Positions 55,290-64,000 of a stretch of DNA of 64,000 nt are shown here, piece after piece. The notes beneath the pieces were generated by a model that saw only the letters and a list, made by a program, of their open reading frames with translations, did no database searches and was not told the origin of the DNA. Source of the stretch: the human T2T-CHM13v2.0 reference genome, Homo sapiens; assembly GCF_009914755.1 (NCBI RefSeq), contig NC_060930.1, one strand, 5' to 3'. Each line of letters begins with the position of its first letter. Positions within the stretch are counted from its first letter, which is position 1. The position numbers and the translations under genes are program-made.

Positions 55290-55600
55290 AATATTTAATA
55301 AATGCTTTATGTGTGTCCAGCATTATGTTGTATGTTATGGAAGATTTGCATTAACATGTTTATAGTTGAAGAGAGCAGGAAAAGTCTGATTTCAGGAAAC
55401 AGAACAAGGTAAAATAATCTGGTGTCAGAATATTTAATATGGTCTACAAGGGTTATAGGGGGAAAAAAAAAGTGGGCATTGCCATGGGCTGGATTAATGT
55501 AGGAAGGCGTCATTGAGCTGACAGCTGTGAACAGCATCTTAAAAGATAAGGCAGAAAGGAGGTAGCAGAGATACTCCAATGGATGGAATATCATGTGCCA
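55290..55600 (-). mobile_element. L2 3' fragment
   Basis: AATATTTAATAAATGCTTTATGTGTGTCCAGCATTATG...AGGAAGGCGTCATTGAG...GAACAGCATCTTAAAAGATAAG. Confidence 0.5.
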
Positions 55601-57039
55601 ACTGCAACTTTAAATGTCTGAATAATTTTCTGAGGAACTAAAAATATTGAATTGGGTCAACAAATAGGATACCTCTGTCAAAGCCATAGAGCAGACTTCT
55701 AATATTTTCAGTTACAAATATATATATTTGAGCATCTTTTAGAATAAACACCTCCCTTCCCTTCACACCACGTAAAAAAATAGCTGGTATTCTACCATCC
55801 ATATGAATTTGAAATATATGATAGAAATATAAATTTAGTAACACCTGACTTATTAAAACTTAATTGCCAAAGAGTTGATTTCCTATGGTCTATAAGAGAA
55901 AGTTGCTACAAATCAATTTATTTTTTGGAATTTATTTTTCCTTACTCTTATTGCTTGAATAAACGTGGCTGCATCAGTGGTTCATGTTGACTCGAAGCAA
56001 GTTTCTCCCTTTCCTCTCCAGCTAAGGAAAGCCATATTTTTTTTTGTACTATGCTAATGTTAGCTGCTTGACTAGGAAGACTTCGGTTATCATTATATCT
56101 TTCATGAATCAGAATCTGGCTGCCTCTCTTTCAATGATCTTGAAAATGTCCAAGATGCTGCATGGTTTAGAAATGTAGAACCAAGTTAAGTTGAACAGTT
56201 TTCTACTGGGCTACATTGTAAAAATGGGAAAGGGAAATTACTTCCTTTTTTTTTTGGAAAACATTTGCCAGTTGGAGCCTCAAAGAAGATTGAGTTTGAG
56301 AGGCCTTTAATTGTGCACCAAAAGGTTATTGCAGAAGATAACATAAGGGAGATGTCATAAAGAAGAAAATTTGAAGCTCAGTAAGAGAAAGCTGTGTGAA
56401 AAAATAGGCATTCTGCCAATTAACTGGGTGCTTGAAATAAATAGTTTGTAATTAAAGAAACGGTTGCAAATTTCAAAGACTTGATCAGTTTAACTTAGCT
56501 CATAGGGAAACTGGGGTGGTGGTGGGTACAAATTTCAGTTGTGAAAGCATGCTTACTCCTATTCAAGTTTTGCTTATCATTCATTAAATATTTACTGTTT
56601 GTAAGGTTTAGTAATATAAGATCAGAAAGTTTGTTAATCTAATATTTAATGTTAAATTATTGAAATAAAATTTCAACTACATTTGGGTAAAAGTGAATTA
56701 TGATCTTAGGAGTTCAGTCATGAACTATTGACCATCTCAGTAGTTAATATTTCCCAAACTGGGCAAAGTATGGGTGAGAGTGTGTAGAAACATATAAATG
56801 GTCCATCACCCTTGGGTCTACTCATCTACTGAAGAACCATGACACAATTATATATGTAAGCAATTAGTAATAAAAAATCATATGTTTATAAGTATAAAGG
56901 AGACATACAAGAAAACATTAAATGTTCATGTTTCCATACATGTCTGTCTTCATCTTGCATTAGTTTCAAGTGAAATGTGTTTTTTATGTTTTATTACTAT
57001 ATACTATACCTTTTCATCCAAAGAAGAAATAAGAGATTG

Positions 57040-57900
57040 TCTCCTTTATTGGAAGACATTTTTGCTGGATGTAGAATTCTAGGTTGGCATGTACTTTCTT
57101 TTAGCACATTAAGATATATCACTCTGCTGTCTTCTGGCTTCTCCTCTTGCTGTGGGGAAATCAGCTGTTAGTCTAACTGTAGCTCATTTGAAGGTAAGAT
57201 AGCCACCCTGCTCTTAGTCTCCTTTAAAGATATTCTATTTAATTTACTTTTGTTTGATTTAAATATTCTGTTTGTCTAGGAGTAGAATTCTTTTTATTTA
57301 TCCTGCTTGAGTTTCACCAGCATTCTTGAATTTGTAGATTGGTGTCTTGTATTAATTCTGGAAAATTCTCAGCCATTATTGCTTTTAAACTTCCCTCTAC
57401 CTGTTCTTTCTCCTCTCTGTCTGGTGTGTTAGTCAGCTGTATTTTAGGTCTTCTGAGTCATTCACTTTTCATCCTCAGGTTGTGTCTTCCTTCTTTTTGT
57501 TCTTTCTCTGCTGAGTTACAGATTATTTTTTCTGAACTATTTCCCAGTTTGTTATTTCTCTATTCTGTTTTGTCTGTTCTACTCCCATTGAATTTTAAAT
57601 TTTGGCTACTGTAATTTATTTGTTTTTTTTTTCCACATCTGCTATGTTACTTTTTGTGGATTCCTATTCCTTGCAGATATTTTAATATTTGCTTTTCTTT
57701 TTCAAATTTGTTGTAGGTTGCTTTTTAATCTGTCTGATAATTCTAAGAGTTAAAATCTGTGTGGTTTGTTCCTGCTATGGTTTGTGATTGTCTTTCACCC
57801 ATGTTGCCTTATTTCCTTGAGTGGTTGGTTATCTTTAACTGGTTATTGCCCTCCCACAGCCTTTTTTCAGGACATTTTCAGGGTGAATGTGCTCTCCTCT
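57040..57900 (-). mobile_element. Ancient L1M/HAL1-like fragment
   Basis: GAAGACATTTTTGCTGGATGTAGAATTCTAGGTTGGCA...CTGTCTTCTGGCTTC...ATTCTGGAAAATTCTCAGCCATTATT, typical antisense old-L1 sequence. Confidence 0.7.
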
Positions 57901-59224
57901 GAGAGGTACTGTGTTTGCTTTTGCCAGGTTTCTGGGAGTATTACTTTAGGGGTATTATGTCAGGTATTAAGTCAAGGACACTTTTTAAACCGCATTTAGG
58001 ATTGTGTCTCTGGCCCATCCACACCATATATACTTTGGGTGGCCACAGCTTCTCAAAAACTTCATTTTTCTACCTTTTTCTTTTCCTGCTTTGCTCAGTG
58101 ACAAGTCAGCTTGCCCTTCATTCTTATGTGGTTAGGAGAGAGATGGTGGGTCAATTCTAGTTCACTCTTTCTCTGAAGATGTTATCGTTTGGGTCTCCAG
58201 TTTAATATAGGGAGGGCCTCTTGCAAGAGTCTTCCGCTTGGCAGGCCCTAATCCTTGTCTTTTGCTACCTTGCCCCTTGAGACTGAAGATCTGAAGTATG
58301 AGGAGATGGCATTTACTAATGTCCTCAGAGCAAAAATGGCATTAGTTCTCCTGGGTTTGCCTCAAAATTTGGCCAACAAGTTCCCTTTTAAACTAAATAT
58401 TAGTTTAACAGTATTTTTTAAATGCTGCTAAGCTAATATTTTTAAGTGTTTTGTCCATCATTTTTGTTGTTTTCAGTGAGATGTAGATCTGAATAACTTA
58501 AGAAATCAGAAACTGCTAATAGCACAGAGCCCATCTGCTGCTGTGCTGTTGGTGATGTTGCAAATCGTTCCCCTCTCCCCTTAACATATTCTGAGCGTCA
58601 AGTCAAGACAGCTTACTGGGCTGGAGAGGTGATGGTCTAAAGAATTATAAAGATTTTTTAAAAATTTAAGTTAAAATAGCTTCTTAAATTATTATATCAA
58701 ATTAATAGAGAAGTATTATTTCTTTAATTTGTTTAACTACCCTTGTGCTCATCTGGAGAAACTGTCAGGAAAGATGATTTTTATTAAAGGCACTGCTGTT
58801 ACATTCACTCAGGCATGATTCTGTCATAACTTCTTGGTATTTCCTTTCTATCTTTCTTAATTGCATGTTTTCCCTCTATCTCTGTCACAGTGCCAATTCT
58901 AGGACTGCCTTATTACTGCTTGTTGGTCTAGCAACTTCTTAACTGTTCTTTAATTATTAGCGGAATTGAACATTATTTTGTGTGTATGAATTTTTGTGCC
59001 TTTTCGTGAATTAATCTGTTCTTTATCTTTTGATGAATTTATTTTATTACATCCTATCATTAATAATTTTTAGTTTTTTGGGGTTTCATCACACAGAATA
59101 TTTATTTTTCTCTTATTCTAAGCTTTTCTGTATTTCTTCAGTTTGAATATTGTCACTTTCCATAGTTTGTATATTTCAGTCAGTAAACATTGCATCAGGT
59201 ATTGTGGTAAGAACTGGGAATACA

Positions 59225-59520
59225 GGCTGTGTGTGGTAGCTCGCGCCTGTGGTCCCAGCACTTTGGGAGGCCAAGGCAGGAGGATTGTTTGAGCTAAGGG
59301 GTTTGAGACCAGCCTGGGTAACATAATGAGACCCAGTCTCTACAGAAAATTAAAAATCAGCTGGGCATGGTGGCGCGTTAGCACGCCTGTAATCCCAGGC
59401 TATTTGGGAGGCTGATTCCGGAGAATTGCTTGAGCTTGGGAGATCAAGGCTGTAGTGAGCTGTTCCAGCCTGAGCAACAGAGTGAGACCATATCTCAAAA
59501 AAAAAAAAAAAAAAAAAAAA
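59225..59520 (+). mobile_element. AluJ with TSD
   Basis: J-type arms, A24 tail, AACTGGGAATA repeated on both sides. Confidence 0.93.
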
Positions 59521-60209
59521 CTGGGAATATAATCGTTATGACATATTTACCCGTGCTTAGGTTCATATGTTAGTGAGGGAAATATAAATGCTTATAGTAT
59601 TGTACATAAATAATATAAAAAAAACTGTATCTTCAAGCAGACAGGTATGTACCAGCATGGATGTGGGAGTAACTATGCCTGAGGAAATCTGGTGCAACTT
59701 TGCAGAGGTAACGTGTTAGTTGCATAGAAATTTGCCAGTAGAAACACAGGGTATAGAAAGACATTTCAGATGTGGTAAATATGTGTAAAGTCATAGAAGT
59801 GAAAGAAAGACATGGTGGGCTATAGGAAGTGCAGATAGGTTGGTATAATTGGAGGGCAAAGTATTTTAGGGGAAGAAAATTGAAACTAGAAAGAGTTTAA
59901 AGGCCTGGGATAAAAAGGAACTTTGATGGACACAAAGAGCCTGTGTAGTGGGGATAATGGAGTAAGTGAGCAGGAAGGACATGGAGATGTGGTTGGGGAA
60001 AATGTGTGAGGGTAGGGGTGATGCGTTGCTTGTGAATTGTGCTGTGATCGTGGGAGTGGGCTGCAGAAGTGGAGTGTGAGTGGGTCAGAGGATGCCGGCG
60101 ACTGTGTGAAACTAGTGTTGACTGGATCATCCATATGGGTGTAGCAGTCCATTTGGACAGTGGCAAGAAGGTGGATGTTATGATGTCGACAAGATTTGGA
60201 TTTGGACCG

Positions 60210-60292
60210 TGCCTGTTCCAGTTTTAGTACTGAAAGTCCCACATCCTTAGAAACCTCTCATTCCTGGACAAACTGGGATTGTTGGTCACTAT
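60210..60292. mobile_element. MER81-like hAT MITE fragment
   Basis: CCAGTTTTAGTACTGAAAGTCCCACATCC...GGACAAACTGGGATTGTTGGTCAC. Confidence 0.65.
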
Positions 60293-60984
60293 AATGAGGT
60301 GCCAGAAGGATATGATGAACTTGAGGCATTGAAACGTGGAGAGCAATAATCTGTAAGTGGGGAGCAGCTGGCTAGGGTGGAGGAAAAAGGAGGGAATAAG
60401 GTTATGTTAATTTACGGTAGCACGGTGTTCTCATGAGATAGCAAGGAGGTAGAGGTCTTGATTAAATTACCTATTTTCTTTCAAAAATATTTGTTTTCTT
60501 GTAGAAGAGAAGAAATATGCTTTAGTATAAGTAAATAATCTTTCCTTTTTAGTGTTAATTTTACTATATTCCAAATGTGCCTATGCTATTAAAAAAGAAA
60601 CAGTAATGAAGTAACCAGACAATTGATTTTTATATTGATTAGCTTGACAGTATTACTGAGACATCAACATACTAATTAGAATGTCAGGATATTAAATTAT
60701 TCATTTTCTAACTTTTAATGTTTTGGATGATTATAAATGACAAAAAAAATTTGTGAGTGAAGTACCATACTATCCTATCAATTTTAGTTAATTAATTCAA
60801 CCACAGAGTGGTAATTATTTCCTTTTTTATTTTCTATTTTTGTCTCTTTGTTAAAGATTTTCCAATTAAAGTTTTTTCCTATTATATGGCTCTCCTTTAT
60901 ACATTTAAATGAAGAAAGTACATTGTAAGAATTGGATTACAGATAGAAAAAAATGTTTAACTTATTTTAGGTTGATAAATATTT

Positions 60985-61505
60985 GGGTTATTTATCACTG
61001 TGTCAGAAATACCTCCAAACCTAAAATAACAATTACAAAACCTAACATTAAAACTTAAAATCAAAACTTAATTCTAAAACTTAAAACAATACCCATCTTA
61101 TTATATCTCACACTTTTGAGGGTTAGGGATTCAGATTGGGCTTACAGGGCAATTGTTCTGTTCCACATAATATTATATATGGGGTTTCTAGGTCTAGGAT
61201 GTCTAAGACAGCTTTACTCACATGCTTGTGCATATGTGAGGACTTCTAAAAGGCTGGACTCTGCTGGAAGCCTTTCCATGTGATCCCTCAAACGAGGTGG
61301 TTGGAATTCTTACTTCGTGATCTAGGACTCCAAGAGAACAAGGCAGAATCTGCCAGTCCTCTCAAAAAATAGGCCTGGGCCTGGCAGGGCATCACTCGTT
61401 CCTGTCAAAGTAGTCACAGGCCAGGCCAGATTCAAGGGGAGGGCAAATAGATCTTAGCTCTCAATGGAGAATGTGTCAAAGACTTTGCAGCCATCTTTAA
61501 TCCCC
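60985..61505 (-). mobile_element. MLT1 (MLT1H-like) solo LTR
   Basis: GGCCAGATTCAAGGGGAGGGCAAATAGATC...CTCTCAATGGAGAATGTGTCAAAGACTTTGCAGCCATCTTTAATC, the reverse complement of the LTR start seen at 52403. Confidence 0.75.
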
Positions 61506-61707
61506 ATGTACTCCAGATTGATGATTACATCACAGTGCATATGGGAAACAAATTGCCCTTTATAATCACAGTATTTGCTACCAATATAGAACCTATATTT
61601 ATTTGAAATGATAATAACAGTATTAAAAAGTATGATATTTGCTTTCAGCATTTGATCTATTCACAAAGTTTTAATTTCTTTATAAATGAAATGATTCCTA
61701 ATTGTTT

Positions 61708-61712
<5 letters not shown>

Positions 61713-61756
<44 letters not shown>
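61713..61756. repeat. (TA)22 microsatellite
   Basis: Uninterrupted TA run. Confidence 0.97.
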
Positions 61757-61760
<4 letters not shown>

Positions 61761-61809
61761 ATACATTTATTTTAGAAAAGCGGATTCTTTTCCTGGGATA
61801 TGCTGTTTA

Positions 61810-61960
61810 GACCAGTGATGTATGTCGAACCACTAATGGACCTTAAAAAAAAACATACACCTCAGGGCTTCAATCTGTAGGTCTGGGTGGCACCAGGAAT
61901 CTGTAATTTTAAAAAGCTTCACTGGCAAGTAATGTACATACTTACTTAATGACCAGGGTC
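61810..61960. mobile_element. MER5A-like hAT fragment
   Basis: TGTAGGTCTGGGTGGCACCAGGAATCTGTAATTTTAAAAAGCTTC. Confidence 0.5.
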
Positions 61961-62344
61961 TAAGAGAGCTCTGTAGATTCAAATAGAAAACTATCCAAAC
62001 TATTTATAAACGTGATTGAGTATTGTTGATCGGAAGCTTATAGAAGCTTAAATCTCTGAGAAGCCTTATTTATATCTTTACTTTTGAGGCCAGTGTACTA
62101 GACTAGTGGTTCCAACATGGCATCCCTGAGATGATCATTTGGGAATGTGGGAAAGAAATAAATAATACAACATATATTTTTAGTCTCATCCGTTCCACAT
62201 TTTGGGGGTGGGTATGGCATGTTTTAAGTGCAGAATGTACAGTAATACATACATATAATTTATAAATAAATATACATATATTGGAAGTATGTGCTGAAAA
62301 CACTTTATTGATGACAATCTGTGATGCAAAGATGAAGGTCACTA

Positions 62345-62722
62345 TTCCAGTCAGTTTAGGTTATGCATTGGTAATGACCCCCAAACCTCAGTGACTTATA
62401 GAAAGGTTTGTTCCTTGTTCATATTCTATGTCTTCATGGGTCAGCTACAACCCTGCTTTGTGTCATTTTGTCCCTGGACTCAGGCGGATCGAGTAGGCTC
62501 TGTATACCGAAACTTCACCAGTTGCTGAGGCAAAAGGAGGAGAGAACTGGGTAAACTACATGCTCATAAAACTTTTGCTTAGGAATGACACACGTCACTT
62601 CCACTCACATTTCACTGGCCAAAGCAAGTCACTTGGCTACGCTTTAGTTCAGCAGGTAGGGGGTGTATAATTCTCCCTCAGTGAGGGACTCAGTACAGGG
62701 TGAATAGCGATACAGTCTACAC
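62345..62722 (-). mobile_element. MLT1 (MLT1I/J-like) solo LTR
   Basis: TAGGTTATGC...CCCCAAACCTCAGTGACTTA and ACACGTCACTTCCACTCACATTTCACTGGCCAAAGCAAGTCAC. Confidence 0.7.
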
Positions 62723-63464
62723 AGACATCCATTACCCTTCTATTTACTGTGTAGAGTATTTGCCTCTCTAGAGCTGCTCCTTAATCTGCTTTCAGGATTT
62801 CAACAGAGTGAAATTGCCTCTCTCAGTTCCTGGTTTGATGCAGAATATAAAAAAGAAAAAGACACACAGCCAAAATCCTTAATTCTATTAGCAAGGCAGC
62901 ATATAAAACAACATAATTTTGGAATATGGAAATATAACTTTGCCAAAACAGTTAAAACCCAGTGTAATTTTTACTTGATAAAAAATTGTACCATTATACC
63001 ATTTGAAACATTGAGGTACTGACTGTTGAGTGGGTGGATATGAATAATAGGGATTGAGATGTGGGGAATTATGAGTAGTAGTGGCAAGAGCAGAACTTCA
63101 AAGCTAGAATGTTCAGAGTCTCTATTGATTGAACATTAATCAGAGTGAAGGTTGAGCATCTCTAAAATAGTAATGTAAGTCACTCAAAAAATGTGTGTTT
63201 CATGTTGAGCCATTTGTTTATACACCTCTTTTTAGGAGGATGTTTACTTTGTGAAGCATACTACACCTTGATTATAAGATGTTGCAGTGATAACCTAGCT
63301 GGCTTTTATCAGTTATTTTGAATTCCCCTATACACCAAGACCTGTGCTAGTTTAATGAAATGACAAGTTTATAGAAACTGCATTAGTTGCAGTAAACATT
63401 TCACTTTATTACTTGAGGAAAAAGCCTGAAATATAGAAACTAATCAAAATGTAAATTACAGGTA

Positions 63465-63690
63465 GTAACAACAAGTGTTTACCATGTACTAAGGGTGTGC
63501 TGTATGTTAGGCCTATTGTACACACTTCACGTACTTTATTTAATCCCAAGAAAAGCTACATGAGATAGGTATGATTTTCTTCATTTTATCCCTGAAGAAA
63601 CTAAGGTGTAAAGAGGTTAACTAACCTGTTTAAGATTCAAAGACAAGTTTCTATGATTTTGAAAACTATTCTCTCTACTACTTTACTCTG
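63465..63690 (-). mobile_element. MIR
   Basis: ATTTAATCCCAAGAAAAGCTACATGAGATAGGTATGATTTTCTTCATTTTA...GAAGAAACTAAGGTGTAAAGAGGTTAACTAACCTG. Confidence 0.75.
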
Positions 63691-64000
63691 CTTTTATAAT
63701 TATTCCACTCTATCTGTTTTTACTTGTATTCTTTGTTAGTAGAAGTAGGAAGCCATTTAATCTTGTCTTGCTCTTTCAGAGAATGAGTATTTTTTTTAGG
63801 TATGCAGCAGGTAATCTCATTTAGGAGAACCTAAATAAATGAAATATCCTTACATTTTGTCCAATAGTTTTTAAGGAGAAAGAAAGAGTAAAGAGAATAT
63901 TCAGGATTATTTTAGGATTTCAAAATAATGAAGTTAATAGCAGTTTATACTAATTATTTAATAGTAAAGTTTCAGACAGTCATCCTACATTTTTCAGTGA

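Noticed and set aside
59886-60242. Overlapping 118/89-aa His/Pro/Ser-rich minus-strand ORFs
   Set aside because: They arise from the complement of a GT-rich, stop-poor stretch that overlaps a MER81 fragment, with no recognisable domain.

Overview
Primate (human/great-ape-like) pericentromeric DNA spanning a satellite-to-euchromatin junction. Bases 1-33503 are about 195 head-to-tail, diverged ~171-bp alpha-satellite monomers. pJalpha-box (A-type) and CENP-B-box (B-type) monomers alternate irregularly, as in SF5/R1-R2. The array shows a decayed 5-monomer periodicity, several internal block duplications, about 11 intact CENP-B boxes and one 5'-truncated AluY insertion. It stops abruptly at a 5'-truncated L1PA2/PA3-like element (33505-34430) that has no target-site duplication. 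The rest (34431-64000) is T/G-skewed, intron-like sequence carrying Alus, MER41, MER31/67, MLT1, Tigger4a, MER81, MIR, L2 and old L1 fragments. It has no CpG island and only one convincing candidate exon (53921-53971). I found no intact protein-coding gene, RNA gene, CRISPR array or new biological system. Most listed ORFs lie inside repeats and none is recognisable as a cellular protein. The points of interest are structural and evolutionary. Repeat subfamily names come from recalled consensus sequences, not from database searches.
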